DNA from: a virus | Lineage: Duplodnaviria; Caudoviricetes | Reading direction: 5' to 3' (one strand) | Virus record (IMG/VR): IMGVR_UViG_3300020045_004452 | Coordinates: 1 to 28,750 of that record | Length of the DNA stretch: 28,750 nt | Part shown: positions 1 to 8,194 of the stretch, in pieces | Numbering within the stretch: the stretch's first letter is position 1 | How the letters are laid out: every line of letters starts with the position of its first letter | The notes under the pieces: model-generated | What the model was told of the DNA's origin: nothing | The model's database searches: none | What the model saw: the letters and a program-made list of their open reading frames with translations, nothing else | Translations under genes and position numbers: made by a program

Positions 1-26
1 GGGAATTAACAACAAAAACTTATCAA

Positions 27-1652
27 ATGAACAAATTAAACAAACCCCGCGCATTTGCCGCATCCCCGAACAGCATCCTAGTGACTTTCGGAACAGAAGA
101 AAGAGAAGTAACAAACCTGACAAGATCCGCAATTATGGTGCAAACCGAAGTATTAGTAGCTAATGCTGGTGTATGGCATCACGTAGAAATTGCAGACCTC
201 AACTTAGATTCCGTACACCTTCCATCGTTCAAGAACTATGTAGAAACTCACGGCATCACACTTTCCGATCTAGGTATAGCAGAAGAAACTCCAGATTATA
301 GCCTCCAACATCAGGACTTTATGGATTTGGAAAAAGAATTCCCGAAACATAGCTACATTGCTATTTCTAAACTGAACGATTACGAAAAAACACAGGGCAG
401 CTATTCTGGAAAGTTTACGCTTAGAATGACATTAAGAGCTATCGATCAGCAAAATCTATCAATTGACGGCTGGATTACGGCAGCACAGGAAAGAAAGATG
501 CAGATGTTGAAAAGCTCTAATACTACGCTGTTGGAATCGCTAGAAGAAGAGAAATACGCACAAGTAGTTGACGAATCAAAAGAACAATTAGCAATCGTAG
601 TTGAAAGCGTGTCTGCTCCGGAGGAAGCAATCGTAGTTGAAAGCGTGTCTATTTCTATTTTTGATAATCTTACGCCTGCAAAAATTACTGAGCTTAGTAT
701 TCTTCGTAAGGAGCAGGAGCAGATTGTAAAAGATAATCCCGTAGTTGTTATTACAGACAAAACAACTTATGCCAGCGCAAAGAAAACAAAAGCTGTTCTA
801 CTATCTGCCAGTACAAGAATAAACGGAAAGAACGGAGTTTTTACATTGGCCAAGAAATGCCTAAATGATTTTAAGAAAGCATTCGATTTAGAAGGCGATA
901 ATATTGAAGCGTTGGCCAGAACAGAACACGACAAACAGGCGAAGCTTATTACAGACTGGGACAACCGTTTATTATTACAGCAGCAAAACCGAATCAAAGA
1001 ACTTACTTCTGTGCCGTTCACTTATGATTCAGCTACAGGAAATTACTTTATCGGGTCATTGATTGTCACGCAAAAAGATATCGAAAACGATACTGACGAA
1101 ATTTTTAGTGCATGGATAAATAAAGGGCGTGCTGTAAAAATTGCAATGGATTCTTTAAAAACTGAGCAAGACGCAAAGATTGCGGAACAGGAAAAGCAAA
1201 TAACGGAATTGAAAGCGATGCTTGAAAAATTACTTCCAGGCGGTGCAGTAAAAGAAAATCCGTTAGTAACCGATACGGGTGTAGATTTTGTTTCGGAGCA
1301 AAAATTTTCATCAGCTGATTTTGTAACAGGAGTATTCGAACCAACTACCGAAGAGAATGTGATCTTGCCAGTATCGACACAGTCAATAGTAGACCATCAA
1401 AATTCATTCCGAGCCGAACAAAAAGAGCAAGAGGTAACAAAGTTACCTAATCCAAATAATAAGCTCTTAAATCAGCTGTATTTGGATCATTTAGGAGTAG
1501 CGGAGGAAAAACAGTTTCAAGAGTGTGCGGGTTATTACGCACAGGCTTTGTCTGATGCTGGGGAAGCGATAAACGATATTTTGGTAAATCCAGACGTTAC
1601 TATCCAGAAAAGCGTTGCTATTACTGAATTAATAAAAACTTGGAAATTATAA
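27..1652 (+). CDS. Hypothetical phage protein, 541 aa, acidic, with a coiled-coil central region
   Basis: Long ORF preceded by AAAACTTATC (15-24). The central segment VVITDKTTYASAKKTKAVLLSASTRI recalls helical phage proteins (DUF1351-like, uncertain). Confidence 0.8.
   Translation: MNKLNKPRAFAASPNSILVTFGTEEREVTNLTRSAIMVQTEVLVANAGVWHHVEIADLNLDSVHLPSFKNYVETHGITLSDLGIAEETPDYSLQHQDFMDLEKEFPKHSYIAISKLNDYEKTQGSYSGKFTLRMTLRAIDQQNLSIDGWITAAQERKMQMLKSSNTTLLESLEEEKYAQVVDESKEQLAIVVESVSAPEEAIVVESVSISIFDNLTPAKITELSILRKEQEQIVKDNPVVVITDKTTYASAKKTKAVLLSASTRINGKNGVFTLAKKCLNDFKKAFDLEGDNIEALARTEHDKQAKLITDWDNRLLLQQQNRIKELTSVPFTYDSATGNYFIGSLIVTQKDIENDTDEIFSAWINKGRAVKIAMDSLKTEQDAKIAEQEKQITELKAMLEKLLPGGAVKENPLVTDTGVDFVSEQKFSSADFVTGVFEPTTEENVILPVSTQSIVDHQNSFRAEQKEQEVTKLPNPNNKLLNQLYLDHLGVAEEKQFQECAGYYAQALSDAGEAINDILVNPDVTIQKSVAITELIKTWKL
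590..650 (+). repeat. 25-bp direct repeat inside ORF 27..1652 (AIVVESVS twice)
   Basis: AGCAATCGTAGTTGAAAGCGTGTCT at 590-614 and 626-650; 36-bp period, in frame. Confidence 0.95.
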
Positions 1653-1663
1653 ACTAAAAAAAC

Positions 1664-1684
1664 AGGCGGGTGTAAATCCCGCTT
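1664..1684 (+). other. Intergenic stem-loop
   Basis: GCGGG-TGTAAAT-CCCGC with only a weak U tail; may be an mRNA-stabilising or weak terminator hairpin. Confidence 0.5.
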
Positions 1685-1695
1685 AATTAAAACTT

Positions 1696-2274
1696 ATGAA
1701 ATACGAAATTACAAAAGAGCAGATACTTCATGTGGAAAAAATAGCAACTTATGCGGTGTCTAAAGAATTAAAAGAATGGTTTCCAGAAGCTTTTGAAACG
1801 GTTTTTGATCCACGGAAATACTACAGGGTAGTAACTGGAGGCGATGGAGCATTAGGAGCTAATGATAGAATTGGGAAAGTTATTCAAAGACCAGAAACAG
1901 AGCCGAAAGATTACGGAGGCGAAATGTTTGATTCTAAAAAACATACTGGAATTTATATTGAGTTGCCGTCTGGTAGAGTATGGGGTTTGTGCGCTGGGTA
2001 TAAATTAAAAGAAGCCACAGAATCAGAAGTTTTCGAAGCTTTGAAGAATGAGTTAACAAGATTAGGATTTGTTAATGGAGTTTATGCAAATCCATTACTA
2101 GACAAGAGAGATATTGTGAAAATTGATTTAGGATTTAAAACTTCATTTATTCCTAGTGAAAATGAGTTTTGGATGGGTGGGTATTGCTTATTTAAAGACG
2201 GTGTGTTTGCTGAAATAATCCCAACTATCACAAAAGAAGAAGCTGAAAAATTGTTAAACAAGAAAATCGTATAA
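1696..2274 (+). CDS. Hypothetical phage protein, 192 aa
   Basis: ORF with an AATTAAAACTTATG leader; tightly packed with its neighbours. Confidence 0.85.
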   Translation: MKYEITKEQILHVEKIATYAVSKELKEWFPEAFETVFDPRKYYRVVTGGDGALGANDRIGKVIQRPETEPKDYGGEMFDSKKHTGIYIELPSGRVWGLCAGYKLKEATESEVFEALKNELTRLGFVNGVYANPLLDKRDIVKIDLGFKTSFIPSENEFWMGGYCLFKDGVFAEIIPTITKEEAEKLLNKKIV

Positions 2275-2275
2275 T

Positions 2276-2488
2276 ATGTTCTGGAAAAAGAAAACAAGAC
2301 CCGAAATTATCGCTCAAAAAGTGGAGGATATTTTACATGATTTAAAAGTGTGTGGATTTCCTAACAGGGAAATTGCAGTAATAATTTGCAGTTTGTCACA
2401 CGAGGCTAAAGCAATGTTGGAATCTCGCAGAGTGACCGAAGAGAAACAACTTAAAGAAACAACAACCGCAATAAATATGATGCCATGA
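2276..2488 (+). CDS. Hypothetical protein, 70 aa
   Basis: Starts 1 nt after the previous stop; ATGA overlap with the next gene. Confidence 0.75.
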   Translation: MFWKKKTRPEIIAQKVEDILHDLKVCGFPNREIAVIICSLSHEAKAMLESRRVTEEKQLKETTTAINMMP

Positions 2489-2748
2489 CACCAGCACTAT
2501 TTTTTTTCGTATTATCAATTGGATTGTTCTCTTATGTATTATTTTTGAAATTGTATCTGCGATTAGAGCGTGAAGATAAGCAAGATTTATTTATGCAGAA
2601 TGAAGACATTTCGATAGAAAATGTAAATTTACAAATCAAGGTTAAGCATTTGGAAAATAAAATTAATAAAAAGAAAGAACTGCTGGAGATTCAAGACAAA
2701 GTAGTACAGCAGTTGCAGGAAGAAATTATTAATTTTAAACTTAAATAA
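2485..2748 (+). CDS. Membrane-anchored coiled-coil protein, 87 aa
   Basis: N-terminal hydrophobic helix (ALFFFVLSIGLFSYVLFL) followed by a heptad-rich segment. Confidence 0.75.
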   Translation: MTPALFFFVLSIGLFSYVLFLKLYLRLEREDKQDLFMQNEDISIENVNLQIKVKHLENKINKKKELLEIQDKVVQQLQEEIINFKLK

Positions 2749-2750
2749 AC

Positions 2751-2858
2751 ATGAAACAGATTATCACACTTAGAATGATTTTAGAATCAAGATTTCCAAA
2801 AGGAAGCAGATTAAGAAGCCGAAAAAATACCAACATTACTAAACCTAAAAAACGATAG
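2751..2858 (+). CDS. Small basic peptide, 35 aa (not in ORF track)
   Basis: MKQIITLRMILESRFPKGSRLRSRKNTNITKPKKR*; starts 2 nt after the previous stop and ends just before a terminator. Confidence 0.5.
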   Translation: MKQIITLRMILESRFPKGSRLRSRKNTNITKPKKR

Positions 2859-2875
2859 TAAATGTATTTTTGATT

Positions 2876-2903
2876 AAACCTCCCAATGTGGAGGTTTTTT
2901 TTT
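2876..2903 (+). terminator. Intrinsic terminator ending the first gene block
   Basis: AAACCTCC-CAATGT-GGAGGTTT followed by a T run. Confidence 0.8.
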
Positions 2904-2910
2904 ATCTTTG
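2903..2910 (+). promoter_or_regulatory. Bacteroidota -7 promoter element for the terminase operon
   Basis: TATCTTTG matches TAnnTTTG and lies 5 nt before ATG 2916. Confidence 0.65.
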
Positions 2911-2915
2911 TCCGT

Positions 2916-3389
2916 ATGAGTGGGAAAAGTTTAGACAAGGAAACTGCAATAAAATCAATACTTTCTGATTTAAAGAGAGGGATTGACAAACCTACTATTA
3001 CGTCCAAGATTGCCCGTAAATGTCCAAAAACCAACGAGCGGACAATTAGGCGATGGTTTGAATCGGCAAACCTTAAGTATCAGGAGTTCATGAGAGTTGC
3101 AACTCCAATTATCGAAGCAAAAGAAATTGAAGCATTAGCAGAAGTTGCAGCGTCTGGAATACTTTCTAAGATAGAAAGGCAAAAAATACTCACTCAAATC
3201 GCATTAGGCGAAATTCCATTAACAAAGCACATAGTAGTTAATCGAATGATTGAAGAAGTTGAGATAGTTCCCAATTGGTCAGATAGGAAAAACGCTATTG
3301 ACTTACTCAACAAAATGGACGGGGCTTATTTGAAAGAAGAGCCAGAGGACGAACACGAATTTAACGGATTTGATATACAAGATGTTTAA
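2916..3389 (+). CDS. terS: Terminase small subunit
   Basis: Directly upstream of and overlapping TerL. N-terminal HTH-like segment, C-terminal SDRKNAIDLLNKMDG and an acidic tail typical of TerS. Start moved from 2886, which lies in the terminator, to 2916. Confidence 0.75.
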   Translation: MSGKSLDKETAIKSILSDLKRGIDKPTITSKIARKCPKTNERTIRRWFESANLKYQEFMRVATPIIEAKEIEALAEVAASGILSKIERQKILTQIALGEIPLTKHIVVNRMIEEVEIVPNWSDRKNAIDLLNKMDGAYLKEEPEDEHEFNGFDIQDV

Positions 3390-4599
3390 GCCAAAATCAA
3401 TAATAAAACTCCTTAAGCATCAAAGAGCTTTTGTAGTATCTAGGATTAAGCACACTATTTTAGTTGCTGGCTTCGGATCTGGCAAAACGGAATCAGCTGT
3501 CACGAAAGCTGTTTATATCCTGACATCAACTCATAAGAAATTAAATGTAGGATATTATTTACCTAATTACCCTTTGATTAATGATATTGCGGTGCCTAGA
3601 TTTCAAGAGTTTTTCGAAAAGCATAACATCCAGTATAAATATAATTCAAGCGAAAAAGTATTTAAAACTAAGTTTGGAAAGATTCTATTAAGGAACATGA
3701 CCAAACCTGAGACTATTGTAGGTTACGAAACTTTTTACGCAATAATTGACGAAATCGACATTCTGCCAAAGAATAAAGCAAAAGCTGTATTTAATAAAAT
3801 TATTGCACGTAATAGACAAGTTGATCCTAGAGGTCGTAATAATTCGATTGACTTGGTTAGTACTCCAGAGGGCTTTAATTTTCTTTACAATTTTTCAGTA
3901 AAAGAAGCTACCGAAGAGAAGCTGTTGATCAAAGCCAAAACAAACGACAATCCTTTTCTCCCCGCTGACTACATTTCTACATTAGCGGCTCAATATACCG
4001 AAGAGGAATTGACCGCGTATATCAATGGGGAATTTTGCAACCTTACAAGCGGAACGGTTTACAAGTCATACAAGCGAGACAAATATAATACAACCCGCAT
4101 TGCTCTTCCTGGTGAGCCGTTGTATATCGGAATGGATTTCAACATCGAAAAAATGTCTGCTATCATTTACGTAATCGATGGAGGCGCAATGTATGCAGTA
4201 GATCAGATTATAAATAAGTACGATACAGCCGATTTAGCAGACGCAATTCGTGAAGCGTATCCAACGAATGCGATAGAGATAAATCCTGATGCTTCATGTC
4301 GTGCTAGATCTTCCGCAGGCTTATCTGATTATGATATTTTGATAGATGAAAAATATAATTTCAATGTAAATGCCAGAAGGAAAAACCCCGAAATTTCACA
4401 CCGTATCAGAGCCGTAAATAAATCCTTTGAGATTGGAAAACTTTTTGTAAATTTGGAAAAATGTCCAGACCTTGCCGATGCACTTGAACAACAAGCCTAC
4501 GATAAAGGATTGCCAGATAAGAAAAGCGGCGTGGATCATGTCCTAGACGCTGCAGGTTATGCAGTTGTAGAGCAGATATATCGATCAGGGTTGGATTAA
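3370..4599 (+). CDS. terL: Terminase large subunit
   Basis: Walker A AGFGSGKT, Walker B AIIDE, coupling motif STPEG, and RNase H-like nuclease motifs IGMDFN and DHVLDA. Confidence 0.95.
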   Translation: MIYKMFKPKSIIKLLKHQRAFVVSRIKHTILVAGFGSGKTESAVTKAVYILTSTHKKLNVGYYLPNYPLINDIAVPRFQEFFEKHNIQYKYNSSEKVFKTKFGKILLRNMTKPETIVGYETFYAIIDEIDILPKNKAKAVFNKIIARNRQVDPRGRNNSIDLVSTPEGFNFLYNFSVKEATEEKLLIKAKTNDNPFLPADYISTLAAQYTEEELTAYINGEFCNLTSGTVYKSYKRDKYNTTRIALPGEPLYIGMDFNIEKMSAIIYVIDGGAMYAVDQIINKYDTADLADAIREAYPTNAIEINPDASCRARSSAGLSDYDILIDEKYNFNVNARRKNPEISHRIRAVNKSFEIGKLFVNLEKCPDLADALEQQAYDKGLPDKKSGVDHVLDAAGYAVVEQIYRSGLD

Positions 4600-4611
4600 A
4601 AACTTATCATT

Positions 4612-4755
4612 ATGGCAGAATGCAAAACACCAGCACCAATTTTAAATACTTGTTGCTTTCAAAACAGAAAAATTTTAATATACCATCCTAGCAATAGTAA
4701 AGAAGGTATTGCGATTAAAGGAACTAATTTAAGAGTATCGTTTAAATACATTTAA
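4612..4755 (+). CDS. Small hypothetical protein, 47 aa (not in ORF track)
   Basis: MAECKTPAPILNTCC...SFKYI*; leader TTAAAAACTTATCATTATG; fills the gap between TerL and ORF 4758. Confidence 0.6.
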   Translation: MAECKTPAPILNTCCFQNRKILIYHPSNSKEGIAIKGTNLRVSFKYI

Positions 4756-4757
4756 TT

Positions 4758-4994
4758 ATGAAAGCATTGTTTAGAAATCACTTTCCATTCGTGGAAGGTA
4801 CGCCAATAGAAGAACTAGACAGTAGTCAATTACTTATCAAACAAACCTATGACAAACTTTATTCTAGTGATAGTGTTCCTGCTGTTGCTGATAGCACGGA
4901 GGAAAGCCGACAAGATACCAAAGCCACGATTAAAGCAGATCGATTACGAAAAGTTCACACTGATGAACGTCAGGCTGAAGGAAGCGGAGAATGA
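4758..4994 (+). CDS. Hypothetical protein, 78 aa, overlapping the next gene
   Basis: AT-rich leader 2 nt after the previous stop; overlaps ORF 4849 by 146 nt. Confidence 0.4.
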   Translation: MKALFRNHFPFVEGTPIEELDSSQLLIKQTYDKLYSSDSVPAVADSTEESRQDTKATIKADRLRKVHTDERQAEGSGE

Positions 4995-5538
4995 GGGAAA
5001 CGATATTGATGTAGTCTTTGAAATATTACAGACGTTCTATCCTAACGACCAAAGAGACTGGCGGGTGTGTATTGCTGAGTTTGCGGAATTGCAGAAACAG
5101 CTCATAACATATCGGTTAAAGTTGGATTTAGATTTTAAAAGCAAGCCAGCTCGTTATTATATTAAAGCAGATACGTTACTTGCAAATGCTGATTTGGTTG
5201 GATTATACAATCACCTAAGCGGAGACAGTAAGAAGAATATTGATATTCATTTTGCTAGACAGGTTAAGGACGAATATTTGCAGTCCGTGGATTATTTCAA
5301 GAAAACTTGGGAATGGATATTTGAACCGCCCGCAATGCCCGGGATAAAGAAGTGGACAGCTGGGCGTGATATGAGAAATGAGTTTCATGCATATTATGGA
5401 AGCTATGCAGAAATAACTTATTTGATTGCTATCACGGAATCTATAAGTTTCGAGAAAGCAAATAGTAAAAACCTAATGGAGTATTTATCTGTTGGAGAAT
5501 ATTTAATCAGAAAAAGAGCCGTTGAGTCGGTGGAATAG
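4849..5538 (+). CDS. Phage protein, possible tail assembly chaperone-like, 229 aa
   Basis: The C-terminus YGSYAEITYLIA...LMEYLSVGEY resembles the protein that follows TerL in Bacteroidota siphoviruses. Function inferred from position. Confidence 0.6.
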   Translation: MTNFILVIVFLLLLIARRKADKIPKPRLKQIDYEKFTLMNVRLKEAENEGNDIDVVFEILQTFYPNDQRDWRVCIAEFAELQKQLITYRLKLDLDFKSKPARYYIKADTLLANADLVGLYNHLSGDSKKNIDIHFARQVKDEYLQSVDYFKKTWEWIFEPPAMPGIKKWTAGRDMRNEFHAYYGSYAEITYLIAITESISFEKANSKNLMEYLSVGEYLIRKRAVESVE

Positions 5539-5540
5539 CT

Positions 5541-5681
5541 ATGAAAAAAGGAGATACATTTATTATTGAAGGAATTAATTATACTGTAACTGATTGCGGA
5601 ACATTATACAATGGTAACGGAAGAGGTTATTTTAAAGCAATTTCTGAATGTGGAACTAGGCAATATACTAAAGTGTTATGA
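5541..5681 (+). CDS. Small hypothetical protein, 46 aa (not in ORF track)
   Basis: MKKGDTFIIEGINYTVTDCG...TKVL*; ATGA overlap with ORF 5678. Confidence 0.6.
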   Translation: MKKGDTFIIEGINYTVTDCGTLYNGNGRGYFKAISECGTRQYTKVL

Positions 5682-6133
5682 ACGAATATCAAAAAACAAA
5701 AGATTACGTAATATCCAAGTTTCAAGCCGATCCTTTGGTTAATACTATCACGACATTAACCAGTGATTTAGTTGACAAGAACAAAGAAACTATTTATCCG
5801 GTGGTTAATATTGATTACACCAGCAACACGGTGCAAACTGATGTGATATTATTTGGATTCAACATTAAGGCACTGGATCAAAACGATGTTTACACCCGAA
5901 CAACTGACAGCAAGTTACAAGTTGATACCAACAAGGATGATATTTTTAATGAAACATTCAATATGTGCCAATCGTTCGTGAATTCATTTCGTCAATACAA
6001 CGCATTAAATATTGAAATGGTCAGTGTATCGTCTATTGTTGCAATAAAAAACGAAGAGCTTAACGACCTTAGCGGGCATGAGTTCGATATAGTATTATCA
6101 ATTACTAACGAGGGCAGTTTTTGTCCTGCATAG
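5678..6133 (+). CDS. Putative tail completion/terminator protein
   Basis: 151 aa with a YPVVNI motif, beta-rich; size and position fit tail terminators. Confidence 0.55.
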   Translation: MNEYQKTKDYVISKFQADPLVNTITTLTSDLVDKNKETIYPVVNIDYTSNTVQTDVILFGFNIKALDQNDVYTRTTDSKLQVDTNKDDIFNETFNMCQSFVNSFRQYNALNIEMVSVSSIVAIKNEELNDLSGHEFDIVLSITNEGSFCPA

Positions 6134-6136
6134 ATT

Positions 6137-6541
6137 ATGGCAGTAACTCAATCAGAAGAAGCGTTGGCACAACGAGTTGTCGACATGAGCAAGAAAACAG
6201 CTCATGTAGATACAGGCGCATTAAAGCGATCTATTAATTACACCGTGGCACGTGGACAGATTGTTTTCCGTCAGTTGTTTTATGGACAGTATTACGAGAA
6301 TAGCCAACTGATACAGAACGCCCAAAGAATAATGAAAGGGATTACGTATGTTATCGAAGAACTTGACGAAGAGGGAAATGTACAGAAAGCACAATATAAA
6401 GCAGCGTCTGGCAGATCATTTACGACTCCAGAGCCAAGAGCAGGAAAAAATGCAAGCCGTGGAGCAAAAGCATTGATTGAAAAATTATTAGCACAACGTA
6501 GAAAATATGCCGCCGAAAATAACGACAAAGAAGATAATTGA
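6137..6541 (+). CDS. Putative neck/tail-completion protein (HK97 gp10-like)
   Basis: AHVDTGALKRSI motif characteristic of gp10-like proteins. Confidence 0.7.
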   Translation: MAVTQSEEALAQRVVDMSKKTAHVDTGALKRSINYTVARGQIVFRQLFYGQYYENSQLIQNAQRIMKGITYVIEELDEEGNVQKAQYKAASGRSFTTPEPRAGKNASRGAKALIEKLLAQRRKYAAENNDKEDN

Positions 6542-6848
6542 AGCAGAATTAAACGTGTTGGGTGATAAGATTTACGAAGAAGCCCGTGTAACTTCTCGTA
6601 AGTCTAAAGACCGATTTAACAAACAGGGTCAAATTGTTCACCGTGGAGGATCTTTGCGTAAGTCTATAAATTACCGAGTAAAAAACCAACGCCTCACAAT
6701 GAGCCAGTTTTATTATGGACAATATCAACAGCCAAATGAGTTAATGGTTTCGATTCAGAAGCACACACCAGAGAGCATAAATGTAATATCAAAAAATCTA
6801 GTAGCTAATATCCTGAAGAATGCAGGAATAACCAATAAGAAGAAATGA
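6507..6848 (+). CDS. Second gp10-like morphogenesis protein
   Basis: GGSLRKSINY...QFYYGQY parallels GALKRSINY...QLFYGQY in the preceding gene. Confidence 0.6.
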   Translation: MPPKITTKKIIEAELNVLGDKIYEEARVTSRKSKDRFNKQGQIVHRGGSLRKSINYRVKNQRLTMSQFYYGQYQQPNELMVSIQKHTPESINVISKNLVANILKNAGITNKKK

Positions 6849-7027
6849 GAAAGTCTGACGCAATGAAACGATGGAAACTTAAAATTATTTGCAACAGTAT
6901 TCTGTCTATGCTTGGAATAAAGTATAGATTTGTATTTTATTTCTCAGCTTTTAAAGACGAATATATATTGGTTCGGTTTAAAAAATGGGATAAAAAAGTA
7001 GATACCGTTAAACTAAAGACTTTTTAA
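6845..7027 (+). CDS. Small basic hypothetical protein, 60 aa
   Basis: ATGA overlap with the previous gene; ends 2 nt before the next start. Confidence 0.55.
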   Translation: MRKSDAMKRWKLKIICNSILSMLGIKYRFVFYFSAFKDEYILVRFKKWDKKVDTVKLKTF

Positions 7028-7029
7028 TA

Positions 7030-8193
7030 ATGACAATAACCGATCTCTCACAAGTAGCATTTTGCAATAGTCCTGTAATTGTTCGCATCGATTTAATGAC
7101 GGATTTTCCCGATTATGTACCACCAGAGATAAATACACGTGTGCGGTTGCAGTTGGTTACTTTTGATATTGATGATTCACTAGCGGAGGTAAACACGCAT
7201 ACTTATGTACTCGACAAAGGCAGGATTTCCAATGATGATAAATATGTCAGCTTTGAGATTCAAGACTACCTTAAAAACGATTTGATACGTAAAGATAATC
7301 TAAACAATGTAGATTTTCCTGTATTGCTATATCATAATACTAGCCTTCCAATGGTACAAGGAATGTGTTTGTTTTATCGTTATTCATATTATGCCTATGA
7401 CGAAACAACCAGCGTTCCTGCTATCGATGTAACGGACAAAGTGGCTACGTTGGGTTATCGCTGGAGAAATGAGCAAAACCCATTCTATGGGAGTTTCGTT
7501 GGCAATGCAAACGGATTCAATGTAACTCAAACACCAATCAAAAAATATGCAGAATACATCCCATACTACGCCTCCCAATCATTCGTTTTTGGTACTGATC
7601 GCACTACTAATAACTTTGTTGTCACTAGTCAAGTTGTGCCAGCTGATGTGGTATGCGTAAAAGAACCGTTACTTCTTATATACTTAGATAGACAGGGATT
7701 ATTTCAGTACATTACAACCACTGGCAAAATTACTATCAATGACGAAATAAAACGCCAAGAATCAAACAAGGCTTTTCGAGACAGCGCAATGATTAACACT
7801 GAGAGTACTCATTTTAAAAATATAGCTATTGAAGAGGTTTACCAAACCTATACGGTTAATACTGGTGTGATGGATGAAAGTATGAATGCATTATTGGAAG
7901 AATTGCTTTATTCTCCTAAAATATATTTGGTGCGTTTTTATGGTCAAAGATGGACAGTTGAACAGCAAGGAATCACAGTTGATAATGATATTATTACAAT
8001 CGACAATACAGATATTACAATCGACAGTGATACAATTACACTGGCTGATGTTGGGTATTATTCGACTTATTTGCAAGTTCCTGTTATGTGTATCGATACT
8101 GATTTTGTCAAAAAAACCACTATAAACGACAAAAGAGATATTTCGTATTTCTTTAAATTTAAGGAAACGGCTTCAAAAGTAAAAAACCAATAG
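7030..8193 (+). CDS. Putative tail/baseplate structural protein, 387 aa
   Basis: Within the tail module; LEELLYSPKIYL motif; ITxDxxx heptad repeats near the C-terminus. Confidence 0.65.
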   Translation: MTITDLSQVAFCNSPVIVRIDLMTDFPDYVPPEINTRVRLQLVTFDIDDSLAEVNTHTYVLDKGRISNDDKYVSFEIQDYLKNDLIRKDNLNNVDFPVLLYHNTSLPMVQGMCLFYRYSYYAYDETTSVPAIDVTDKVATLGYRWRNEQNPFYGSFVGNANGFNVTQTPIKKYAEYIPYYASQSFVFGTDRTTNNFVVTSQVVPADVVCVKEPLLLIYLDRQGLFQYITTTGKITINDEIKRQESNKAFRDSAMINTESTHFKNIAIEEVYQTYTVNTGVMDESMNALLEELLYSPKIYLVRFYGQRWTVEQQGITVDNDIITIDNTDITIDSDTITLADVGYYSTYLQVPVMCIDTDFVKKTTINDKRDISYFFKFKETASKVKNQ

Positions 8194-8194
8194 C

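Noticed and set aside
446-1344. Minus-strand ORFs 446-760, 767-1021 and 1105-1344
   Set aside because: Antisense shadows of the 541-aa gene with no independent signals.
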